This document shows, one piece after another, positions 16,846 to 25,012 of a DNA stretch of 64,000 bases. This stretch comes from an uncultured virus (IMG/VR IMGVR_UViG_3300005663_000039) (taxonomy: Duplodnaviria > Heunggongvirae > Uroviricota > Caudoviricetes). The notes beneath the pieces are model-generated. The model did no database searches. It was given only the letters and a program-made list of their open reading frames with translations, and was not told the DNA's origin. Location of the stretch: IMG/VR virus record IMGVR_UViG_3300005663_000039. One strand, written 5' to 3'. Made by a program: the position numbers and the translations under genes. How positions within the stretch are numbered: the first letter of the stretch is position 1; each line of letters opens with the position of its first letter.

Positions 16846-18381
16846 TCATGCCGCCACCCTCCTCGCTTTCTTCTTCGCCTGTGAGCCCCACCGCATGCCC
16901 TTCTTCCGCTTGCCCAGCATCAGCCAGGTCAGGACGTGGACCAGCGCGTCCAGCCGGTTCGGCGACCACGGGTCGCCCTGCACCCAGCCCGTCATCTCGA
17001 TCTCCAGCTCCGGGTGGGTTCCAACGTGCAGCACCTCGCCGTTCTCGTACAACGTGGAGACGGGCTCGGCCCGGAGCGTCTTGCCCCTGGAGGCGATCAC
17101 GTACTCGAAGGGGACGCGCCTCAGCCCGGCGGCCGCCTTGATGTTCCCCTCCACCATGTCGCCGCCGTAGTTCCGCTCCCCCAGGATCTTGTCCAGCTCC
17201 CACTCGTCGTACACGTCGATCAGCGCGTTGCCCCAGTTGAGCGAGCCCAGCGCGCCGGGCTGGGTCTCGTCCGCGAACACGTAGGCCTTGCCGTCGTAGC
17301 CCTCGCCGGCCGCCACGATCCCGATCTCGGTCGCGCCGCCCGAGGGGTCGCAGGCCACCGCGGCCCGCTTCAGCTCGGGCACCTGATCAACGTACTTGAT
17401 CATGTCCTTCGTCCACAGCGTGCCCTCGCGCTCGGTCACCTGGTGCTGGCACTCCTGCTGGAACGCGGGCAGCCCGATGAGGTCCATGAGGTCCTGGCAG
17501 GCCTTCAGGTCCTGGCCGCCCCACACCGGCGTGCCGCCGGTGATGACCGCCATCCGCTTGCCCTTGACCGTCTTCACCTTGGTCTTCATCCCCCGGATCG
17601 CGGGGTGCGGCCCGCTGACCCGGCGCTTGACCAGGAACGGGGCGCGCCCGTCGGCCAGCTGGCTGAAGACGCCGTGGGGGATGATCAGGTTCTGGATGCC
17701 CATCACCGCCACGTCCTTGGAGCCGGCTGGCAGCAGCGACTTCGTCAAGGTGTCGATCTTCTTCTTGGTCGCGTGGGGCGAGTCGTGCAGCTCGTCCAGG
17801 TCGTCGAAGATGATGAAGTCCGGGCGCTGGTCCTCCATCTTCACGCCACGCGCGGCCACGTCCAGGCCCAGCGCGTCGAGGGTGAAGCCGCCCGCCGTCC
17901 GGATCCGGTTCCGCCGCCAGCCCCGGGAGCTGCCGAACTTGGACAGCAGCCGCCGGGCATGGGCCGGGTAGTAGCGCTCCACGGTGGACGACTCCAGCTT
18001 CGCGGCCACGTTCCCCACGCTGGTGTCCGCCAGGTCCTGGGTGGCGCGGACGTAGAGCCCGTACCCACGTACCCCGCGGACGCCGACCGCCACCGTCGCC
18101 CCCTCGGCCGAGGAGGACTTCCCGCCGCCCCGGCTCCAGACGCCGACGAACGGCTCCTCCGGGAGCACGCCCCGACGCAGCTTCCAGACCCAGGCCCAGA
18201 ACTCCGCCTGGTGAGGCGCGAAGTCGTCGGCGAAGGCGGCGGGGAACATGCGGTCGAGCCAGGCCTCCCAGTCGTCCTCCCACTCGTACGTGCGCCGGGT
18301 CTCGGGCGCCTCCTCCCCGACCTCCTGAGCCAGCCGCGCCGCGACCTGGTCCAGCATCTGGAGGGCGATGGGGTGGGTCAC
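16846..18381 (-). CDS. terL: Terminase large subunit (segment A)
   Basis: Walker A SRGGGKSS, Walker B RPDFIIFDDLD, nuclease motifs ACDPSGG and PNRLDAL. Confidence 0.93.
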   Translation of the reverse strand: MTHPIALQMLDQVAARLAQEVGEEAPETRRTYEWEDDWEAWLDRMFPAAFADDFAPHQAEFWAWVWKLRRGVLPEEPFVGVWSRGGGKSSSAEGATVAVGVRGVRGYGLYVRATQDLADTSVGNVAAKLESSTVERYYPAHARRLLSKFGSSRGWRRNRIRTAGGFTLDALGLDVAARGVKMEDQRPDFIIFDDLDELHDSPHATKKKIDTLTKSLLPAGSKDVAVMGIQNLIIPHGVFSQLADGRAPFLVKRRVSGPHPAIRGMKTKVKTVKGKRMAVITGGTPVWGGQDLKACQDLMDLIGLPAFQQECQHQVTEREGTLWTKDMIKYVDQVPELKRAAVACDPSGGATEIGIVAAGEGYDGKAYVFADETQPGALGSLNWGNALIDVYDEWELDKILGERNYGGDMVEGNIKAAAGLRRVPFEYVIASRGKTLRAEPVSTLYENGEVLHVGTHPELEIEMTGWVQGDPWSPNRLDALVHVLTWLMLGKRKKGMRWGSQAKKKARRVAA

Positions 18382-18881
18382 GCTGGGTCCGTCACGTAGG
18401 TCCCGCGCCGGCCGCCCCAGTTACCCAGACGTTTGGCCCTGAGCTTAGCGCGGCACGGCGGGCACTCCAGGAACGGTCGGCCCCGCCCGGAGAACGGCAC
18501 GTCGTCACCGCAGCATCGGCACGTGGGAGGCTTACAGTTGACCCCGACGTACTTGGTCCCATAGTCGTGCTTGTACCGGCGGGCCGCGGGGCGACGCCTC
18601 GTGTTATAGCTCGGGTGTCTCTTCCAGTAGATACGCTGCCGAGCCAAGATCACCTCCCGCCTCAACCTCAACCGCTTCTTCTTCACGGCCGTCTTACACA
18701 CGCGACAACGAAAGGAGCGTGGCCCCTCCACCGGGCGAGGGCAGTCTAGGCACACCCCACGTCGCCGTCGATCAACGCAATCATAGTCCAGACCACGATC
18801 AAAGACTCCACCCATCCCGTCAGTCTCAAAGGTGACAGGTTGACGCCTCTTGCAGTACCCACACACCTGAAAGACGATCAC
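18378..18881 (-). CDS. Basic multi-CxxC zinc-finger protein
   Basis: Several CxxC pairs, Arg/Lys-rich, lower GC; GTGA overlap with TerL. Confidence 0.55.
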   Translation of the reverse strand: MIVFQVCGYCKRRQPVTFETDGMGGVFDRGLDYDCVDRRRRGVCLDCPRPVEGPRSFRCRVCKTAVKKKRLRLRREVILARQRIYWKRHPSYNTRRRPAARRYKHDYGTKYVGVNCKPPTCRCCGDDVPFSGRGRPFLECPPCRAKLRAKRLGNWGGRRGTYVTDPA

Positions 18882-19006
18882 GCGCTGACCCTGGGGCTAA
18901 CGTGCTGGCGACCGAGTAGGGAGAACGCCGGGTCGCGCGGTCCGCTCGACACCGCGTCGGCTATCGTCTCAACAGTCTGGTCAGCCATCCCAGGAGTCTC
19001 CACCTC

Positions 19007-19180
19007 TCAGTCAGCCTTCTTCGCCACGTCGCCCCAGGCTCCGATCGCTCGGACTCCCGCGGGGTACGTTTGGCCCGTCGTCTGGCGTACCCGCCTCTCA
19101 CGTCGCTCCTCCCGCTCACGTCGTCGTCGGTGGTGCTTGCCGCGCCGGCGTCGCCCCTTCTCTCGTGGGCCCCTCGTCAC
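19007..19180 (-). CDS. Small Arg-rich basic protein
   Basis: GTG start overlapping the TerS stop: VTRGPREKGRRRRGKHHRRRREREERRERR... Confidence 0.45.
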   Translation of the reverse strand: MTRGPREKGRRRRGKHHRRRREREERRERRVRQTTGQTYPAGVRAIGAWGDVAKKAD

Positions 19181-19974
19181 GACAGCAGGGCCAAGCGCCG
19201 CTGATCGCCCGGGTCGTTGCCGGTCAGCGCCTGGATCTCGTGCAGGATAGCCGTCAGCGCGGCCTTGTCCTCCACGTGCCGCACGATGGTGTCCGTGAGC
19301 CTGGCTATGATGGCCAGCGCCTCCTCGGCCGTCAGGTACGCGTGCAGGTCCTTGAGACGCTTCCGCTCCGTGTCGGCCAGCTTCCGCCGGTGCTGGTGTG
19401 AGGACCGCAGCTCGCGCCACGCCCGCTCGTCGTCGGCCGCCCGCTCGGACAGCGCCGAGATCTCGGCCGCCTTGCCTCGCAGCGCGTCCGGGGACGGGTC
19501 GTCCGTCCCCAGCTCCGACACCAGCCCCTCGGCCAGCTGGCCCAGGCGCCGCCACCGCTCGCCCGACTCCCCGGTGTCGAGCCGCTCGACCAGCTCCCCG
19601 GCGCGCACGTCGGCCATGGCCAGCTCCGACCGCAGGGACAGGAGGTCGTCGTCCTGGATGCTGGCCAGATAGGCCTGCTTGAACCGGGCGGGGAGACCGT
19701 CGTAGACGCGCGAGGCGCGGCCGTGGACGAAGGCGGGGTGCTCGGCCCCTCGACGGGCGGCTCCGCCGTGCATCTTGCAGAGCCCGTTGGCCATGGTCCA
19801 GCGGCTCTCGCACGGCCAGCCGTCCCGACGCCTCCCGCCAGCCTCGCCGCAGATGGGCTGGTTCTGGTGAACGTGCCTGACGATCCGGGCCACCAGCTTC
19901 CGCCAGGCGGCGCCGCCCTTCTCCGGGGGTGCGCCCCTCGCCTTGACGAGGTCCTTGGTGATGCGGCCGGGCAT
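19177..19974 (-). CDS. terS: Terminase small subunit with HGG(xSTG)-type zinc domain
   Basis: ICG...PC...NGLCKMHGG...HPAFVHGR motif, DLLSLRSELA; upstream of TerL. Confidence 0.75.
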   Translation of the reverse strand: MPGRITKDLVKARGAPPEKGGAAWRKLVARIVRHVHQNQPICGEAGGRRRDGWPCESRWTMANGLCKMHGGAARRGAEHPAFVHGRASRVYDGLPARFKQAYLASIQDDDLLSLRSELAMADVRAGELVERLDTGESGERWRRLGQLAEGLVSELGTDDPSPDALRGKAAEISALSERAADDERAWRELRSSHQHRRKLADTERKRLKDLHAYLTAEEALAIIARLTDTIVRHVEDKAALTAILHEIQALTGNDPGDQRRLALLS

Positions 19975-20343
19975 CAGCGCCGCGTCTCCCGGATCTCCCG
20001 TCTCACCTAGTCACCCTGGAGATGTTCAGCGAGCGCCGCCGCGTCGAGCAGCACCAGGTCCACCCGCGCCCGGACCCTGACGTCTCTCTCACGAGCCCGC
20101 CGCAGACGCTCTCTCCAACGGTGAACGCCGAGCCCAGCCAGGAAGGCGGACAGGGGGATCAGGACGTCCATGGGTTCTCCTCGAGGGCCTCGGCGATCAA
20201 CGCTTTACGGTAGCGTCCACCCTCAAGGCTCGCCACCTACTACACGAGCGAAAAAGAAGAATACCCAACCACGAGCGACTTTCGTAAGTTCCTCCGGGCA
20301 CTATTTCTTCGGTTCGTCCCCCTGATCTACCTATCCTAAAACC

Positions 20344-20441
20344 TTGTCGCCCTTGCCTCTAGCCTCTAGTCTGTAGTTCTAGTGAATTAAAAGTATATAT
20401 TTTATATTAATTTATTCTCACGTGTAATAGGAGAGAGACCC
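20344..20441 (+). promoter_or_regulatory. AT-rich divergent control region with candidate promoter
   Basis: TTGTCG-17-TAGTCT at 20344-20372, then an almost pure A/T tract; separates the leftward late operon from rightward genes. Confidence 0.5.
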
Positions 20442-20810
20442 ATGGGTCAGCACCAAGAGAAGCTCACCGTGGACGAAGACATCAGCGACCAGGTCCTACC
20501 GCTGTTCGGCACGATCGCCAACGCCCAGCGCCTGCTGCGCTGTGGTCACGTGCCCTACCAGGTGATGCGAGAGGCGCTCCGCGGAAACCCGGTGCCGAAG
20601 TCTCACGCCGACGACGTCGTGGTGGCCTGGCGCACCTGGAAGCAGCTCTACGTGAGGGGCCTGGCCTTCTCCCCGGACATGACGTTCCGCCTACCGGAGA
20701 CGATCGAGCTGGCCTACCGGGCGATGGACCGGCTGTCGGAGCAGGAGGTCGCCGAGTGGAAGCGGCGGAGGGGCCGGTTTCACCGCTTCGCGGAGAGCTC
20801 CGCAAAATAG
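20442..20810 (+). CDS. Hypothetical protein (possible DNA-binding regulator)
   Basis: 122 aa with AGGAG RBS; first gene after the divergent region. Confidence 0.65.
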   Translation: MGQHQEKLTVDEDISDQVLPLFGTIANAQRLLRCGHVPYQVMREALRGNPVPKSHADDVVVAWRTWKQLYVRGLAFSPDMTFRLPETIELAYRAMDRLSEQEVAEWKRRRGRFHRFAESSAK

Positions 20811-20811
20811 A

Positions 20812-20841
20812 TTGTACAAACGGCCGGCGGGGAGCTACCAT
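20812..20841 (+). promoter_or_regulatory. Candidate sigma70 promoter
   Basis: TTGTAC-18 nt-TACCAT upstream of the zinc-finger/kinase genes. Confidence 0.4.
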
Positions 20842-20877
20842 CTGAGCCCACCTCAGACAGAGGACAGGACGACGGAC

Positions 20878-21105
20878 GTGGAGAAGGACGCCGGCGGCGC
20901 GGTCAGGTCAGAGGAGGTGAGCGAGCTCCTCACCCGGGCCGCGACCCTGCACGAGACGATCTCCGACGCCCTCGGGCTCATGATCGTGCGCTGCCCGACG
21001 TGCGACCGGATCGAGGAGCTGTCGGCTGAGGACGTGACCGCGTGCCTGCGGACGGGCTGGTCCACGTGCTGCGGTGCGACGATGCCGGTGGAGAAGGCGA
21101 CGTGA
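20878..21105 (+). CDS. Small zinc-binding protein (CPTC...TCCG)
   Basis: Cys motifs; overlaps next start; start codon uncertain. Confidence 0.55.
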   Translation: MEKDAGGAVRSEEVSELLTRAATLHETISDALGLMIVRCPTCDRIEELSAEDVTACLRTGWSTCCGATMPVEKAT

Positions 21106-22007
21106 CCAACGAGAAGCTGTTCTGGCACTGGGTCCGGGAGCGACACCGGATCTGGTACGCCCGCCACGTCGAGGGCCGGCCGTCGCCGTGGACCGACGAC
21201 CCGTACCTCCGCGCCTACCGGTTCACGAACGTCTACCGGCGGCTCGACCCCGGGACGGCCTGGCTGGTGGACCACGTCGCCGAGGGCCGCCTCGACCTAG
21301 ACGCGTCGAACGACGAGGTGCTCCTGAACGTCCTGGCGTATCGCCAGGGGCTGCGCGAGGACTCGAAGGCGCACGTGGGGTGGCTGACGATCGACGAGGC
21401 CGGTCTCTCGAACGCGGATGACGTCAGGGCCCGGATGGCGGACTTCGGCCCCGGCCATCCGTACACGGGCGCGTACCTCCTCGGGAACGCCGGCATCCCG
21501 GGCCCCAAGCGGGACAGCTGGCCGACGCTCTGGGCCCGGGCCGCGGCGGAGCTGGCCGCTCGTCGCCAGGACGAGGCGCCTGACTGGACGCTCCTGGACC
21601 GGCGTCAGCTGCTCCGGCTCCTACGTGAGTTCCAGGGGATCGGCCCCTTCGTCGCCTACCAGACCTGCCTGGACCTCAGCTACCCGGAGAACGGGTTAAA
21701 CCTGCCGCACTCCAACGACGGGTACGCCCTGCTCGGGCCCGGCGCGCGGCGGGGGATGGACCTCGTCGACAACGCGCCCGACCGCGGCCCCGGCGAGGCG
21801 GGCTACAATGAGCGCCTCGTCTGGCTCCGCGGCCGCCAGGACCGGTTCCTCGAGGGCCGGATGCCCAGCTGGGACCACGGCGCGCTCGACTACGTCTACC
21901 TGGACCGCTCCGACGTGGAGAACTGCCTCTGCGAGTTCGGCCGGTACCACGAGGCCCGACGCACCGACGGCCAGAACCTGCGGCGCCGGTTCAAGGTGGC
22001 CTCGTGA
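21102..22007 (+). CDS. 5-hydroxymethyluracil DNA kinase-like protein (aGPT-Pplase1 / ADDT family)
   Basis: WHWVRERHRIW...PWTDDPYLRAYRFTNVYRRLD, GIGPFVAYQ..LDL, GPGARRG, DVENCLCEFGRY are the signature motifs of this family. Confidence 0.85.
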   Translation: MTNEKLFWHWVRERHRIWYARHVEGRPSPWTDDPYLRAYRFTNVYRRLDPGTAWLVDHVAEGRLDLDASNDEVLLNVLAYRQGLREDSKAHVGWLTIDEAGLSNADDVRARMADFGPGHPYTGAYLLGNAGIPGPKRDSWPTLWARAAAELAARRQDEAPDWTLLDRRQLLRLLREFQGIGPFVAYQTCLDLSYPENGLNLPHSNDGYALLGPGARRGMDLVDNAPDRGPGEAGYNERLVWLRGRQDRFLEGRMPSWDHGALDYVYLDRSDVENCLCEFGRYHEARRTDGQNLRRRFKVAS

Positions 22008-22219
22008 GCTCCTGCCGGACCTGCGGAAAGCGGCCGTCGGCCGACTTCCCCGGGGCAGCTGGCCGCTGTCTACCGTGCTGGTACGCGGCCCTTCCCCGGG
22101 TGGCCTGGTGCACCTGCGGCCAGGGCTTCCCCTCGGCGCGTGGCCTGTCGGGCCATCTTAGCTCGCAGGGCAAGCTGCCCGGTCACGCGAAGGCCGGGTC
22201 GTCTCGACCATGGAGGTAG
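22004..22219 (+). CDS. Small zinc-finger protein (last gene of segment A, possibly truncated)
   Basis: CRTC, CLPC, CTCGQGF...LSGH. Confidence 0.55.
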   Translation: MSSCRTCGKRPSADFPGAAGRCLPCWYAALPRVAWCTCGQGFPSARGLSGHLSSQGKLPGHAKAGSSRPWR

Positions 22220-22283
22220 AGCGGCTGTGTAATTGGAAGGGCAAGTATAACCGTGAGGCCCCAGCGCAGGAAGAGAAACAGGA

Positions 22284-22538
22284 ATGACAGCCTACAGCGA
22301 TGACATCGACAACGCCTCAGCAGACAGGCGGCTAGATGCCGCGAACGTAGCGGTCTGTCCCAGCACCATCTTCCGTCCAAGTCTGAGCATCGACGGCGAT
22401 CAGTGGTGCGCACTCTACGGTGAGAATCTCCAAGACGGCGTTGCGGGTTTCGGAGATTCGCCCGCAGAAGCGATGGCCGCGTTCGATGAGGCGTGGGTCA
22501 AACGTCTCTCTCCCCAGGAGCCCAAAGCCGATGAGTGA
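22284..22538 (+). CDS. Conserved phage hypothetical protein
   Basis: RPSLSIDGDQWCALYGENLQDGVAGFGDSPAEAMAAFD, recognised as a recurrent phage family. Confidence 0.75.
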   Translation: MTAYSDDIDNASADRRLDAANVAVCPSTIFRPSLSIDGDQWCALYGENLQDGVAGFGDSPAEAMAAFDEAWVKRLSPQEPKADE

Positions 22539-23307
22539 GCGCACACCGATAAAAATGAAAATGTCGCAATCCGAGCCTCACCCCCTCGTATTTCATCCCA
22601 ATGAGGGCGAGGAAATGTTTCGCATCACCGCCGACGGCAGGTTCGTTTTCGCGGACGGGGTAGAGGTAGAGGAGGCCGCGAGAGAGTTTGCGCGGTGGTT
22701 CAACACAGAGATGGGGCACCTGCTCATTTACCCATCAGCCACAGCCGGGGATGAGGAGAAGGCTGGACCTGTGGGGGACATGGGTCCTCGTAGCTGTGAG
22801 GTATGCGGGCAGCATTATTCAGTGGACGATGGCAACATTGAGTGCCCATTCTGCGCCACAGCCAGGGATGAGCTGGAGGGAGCGCGAGCGGCGAGGTTGC
22901 GCAAGGCACTGAAGCCCTTCGCAAATTACGCCTGTGATCCTCCATGTGGATGCCATAACTGCGAAGCCCGCGCCGCCCTCACCGCCGAGCCCCCAACAGA
23001 AGTGGACGAGACACACTGGCAAAGGATGAAGCGAGAAGCCCGGGAAGATGTGGAAGCCGCTAGGGCCAGGGGCAACGCTGTTGATCAGGCATGGTTCGAG
23101 GGGATGCTTAAGTATATAGCCCGAATAGAACATGAAATGCCCACAGTACAGTGCGAAGCGATAGACCGAAAGGTCGAGGCGTGTCCCGTAGTCTGCACTC
23201 GAAAAGCTGGACATGAGGGCAGCCATTACAACAAGAGTCTGATGTTGGAGTGGAATGAACCGCTCATTACCGAGCCCCCAGCGCAGGAGGAGAAGCCAGA
23301 TGTGTAA
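22531..23307 (+). CDS. Modular Cys-rich hypothetical protein
   Basis: Start MSERTPIK; several short Cys modules joined by EPP(T/A) linkers. Confidence 0.6.
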   Translation: MSERTPIKMKMSQSEPHPLVFHPNEGEEMFRITADGRFVFADGVEVEEAAREFARWFNTEMGHLLIYPSATAGDEEKAGPVGDMGPRSCEVCGQHYSVDDGNIECPFCATARDELEGARAARLRKALKPFANYACDPPCGCHNCEARAALTAEPPTEVDETHWQRMKREAREDVEAARARGNAVDQAWFEGMLKYIARIEHEMPTVQCEAIDRKVEACPVVCTRKAGHEGSHYNKSLMLEWNEPLITEPPAQEEKPDV

Positions 23308-23427
23308 GGTCGTATTTACGCTTTACCTTAGGATATGGAATGGCAAGCTATATGTGGGTCCGCCGTTGGGTGAGCGAGAGCCCAAGACCCAAACATTACT
23401 TGGCACCCCCACCGAGCAGGAGCCAGG

Positions 23428-23973
23428 ATGATGGGTGAGCGATGCGGTACCTGCGACAGTACACTCGTGAAATTCGGCGGCTACGGCAAACAGTGTGGAG
23501 TGTGCGGTCACCGGTGGATGCCCAGGATTGATCCCAAGCCCCCAGCAGCCACCGAAAGCGATACAAGCGGTGGGGGGGAGAAGAAATGTGAACTGGGATG
23601 CATCCTTGAGGCTCCCCACACTGGGACATCATGTAGGGGCTCGTTTGATCCACACAATGTCGGTGTATTAAGAGCCAAGGCCAAGGCCGACGCCAAGGCA
23701 GCCACCGAGGAGCGGGGAGAGCCCGAGAAGCCCATCCAGCTAGAAACTGATGTGGTGAAGCGTATCGTGCATTTCCGCAGCTTGAAGAAGGATTGGGATA
23801 GTTACGGCGCAGAGCCCATACCCGATGCGGTAGCAGACCTCGCCTTGGTTGTCGTGCAGCGGATGGCGGGCGGCGTCCATGAAATCACTTGGGCCGGACC
23901 AACGAACGACGAAGGCATCCAACTAGATACCAAAAGCGGAATGGGAATCGAAGTGAGTAGATATGGCAACTAA
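23428..23973 (+). CDS. Modular hypothetical protein
   Basis: Zn-ribbon N-terminus; C-terminal LKKDWDSYGAEPI...PTNDEGIQL module. Confidence 0.65.
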   Translation: MMGERCGTCDSTLVKFGGYGKQCGVCGHRWMPRIDPKPPAATESDTSGGGEKKCELGCILEAPHTGTSCRGSFDPHNVGVLRAKAKADAKAATEERGEPEKPIQLETDVVKRIVHFRSLKKDWDSYGAEPIPDAVADLALVVVQRMAGGVHEITWAGPTNDEGIQLDTKSGMGIEVSRYGN

Positions 23974-24637
23974 AAAACCAGCCCCTGATCCGGTCATTGG
24001 TGGGGAGCGAGAGAGTGAACACACAAGCTGGTGTCGTTCGAATGAGTTGGATTTGTGCTCTGGCTGTTCCGTCAAAAAAGGTTGGGACCGCAATGGCGTG
24101 ACGGGTGAACCGACAACGTGTCGCGACGGGGTGCCCCACGAATGGCCCCCACGTCCATGCAACTGTGGGCCGAATGATAAACGCAAGGGGGACCGTCGTT
24201 TCACCCACCCACCAGCGCCCAGCGATGGGCTGCGGGAAAATGTGGTGAGGTGCAAGGCTGTATCGCGGGAAACTGGACGGCAGTGCGTACGGTTTGCTGG
24301 GAGTGGCGCTGGGATTTGTGAGGTCCACAGACGTGGTGATGCCACGGGGCTGATCGACGCGGATCATAGCCGCGAGCAGCTAGACGATGGGCTGCGGGAG
24401 GCGTTGGAGGAGATCAAGGCGCTCGAACCCATACTGAGTCTCCCTCACGACCAACAGTCTGTCGTCAGGCTACTGAACAAGGTATGGAAGATCGCCCGCA
24501 CCGCTCTCGACAAAGGAAAGACGGATAACAGCCTTCTTGAAAGATATCGCGGGGCCCTAGACCGCATCTCCAGTCACGACGTTGAGGAGCCCGCTCAGCT
24601 CGCTCACGACACTCTGCACCCTAAGGGGAAAGGATGA
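23963..24637 (+). CDS. Modular hypothetical protein
   Basis: Cys modules and repeated DGLRE linkers. Confidence 0.6.
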   Translation: MATKKPAPDPVIGGERESEHTSWCRSNELDLCSGCSVKKGWDRNGVTGEPTTCRDGVPHEWPPRPCNCGPNDKRKGDRRFTHPPAPSDGLRENVVRCKAVSRETGRQCVRFAGSGAGICEVHRRGDATGLIDADHSREQLDDGLREALEEIKALEPILSLPHDQQSVVRLLNKVWKIARTALDKGKTDNSLLERYRGALDRISSHDVEEPAQLAHDTLHPKGKG

Positions 24638-24769
24638 AAGTCACTCGATATACCTTACGTGAGTTAACAAGAACATTGAAGGAGATTGCCAATTCTCCTG
24701 AGAGACTAGATAACTTTAAGATTCAACAGTTTGCTCGTAGCACTCTTGCTCGAATAAGGAAAAATCAAG

Positions 24770-25012
24770 GTGATTGAGTACCGAATAGTAAACTGCCTCG
24801 GCCATCTCAATGTTGCGAAGGCTATTGAGGATCGTCAGAGTGAAGACCCGGCCTGGCGGGTGCACTCTCTCGTAGCTGCAGACGTTGAAGAAGTCCAACA
24901 TGGAGTGAAGCTAGAGATGGCAGTCCAGATCATGCGTGTCACTCGGTTCGTTCTTGTTATGGAACGAGAGATTCTAGACCCTAACTTCCAGATAGGACCG
25001 AGAGCGGTATGA
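24770..25012 (+). CDS. Hypothetical protein
   Basis: 80 aa; ATGA overlap with polymerase. Confidence 0.55.
   Translation: MIEYRIVNCLGHLNVAKAIEDRQSEDPAWRVHSLVAADVEEVQHGVKLEMAVQIMRVTRFVLVMEREILDPNFQIGPRAV

Noticed and set aside
1161..18399. Long plus-strand ORFs (e.g. 1161-2423, 3176-5083, 12334-14271, 16936-18399)
   Set aside because: Antisense shadows of real minus-strand genes in GC-rich DNA; no motifs or RBS
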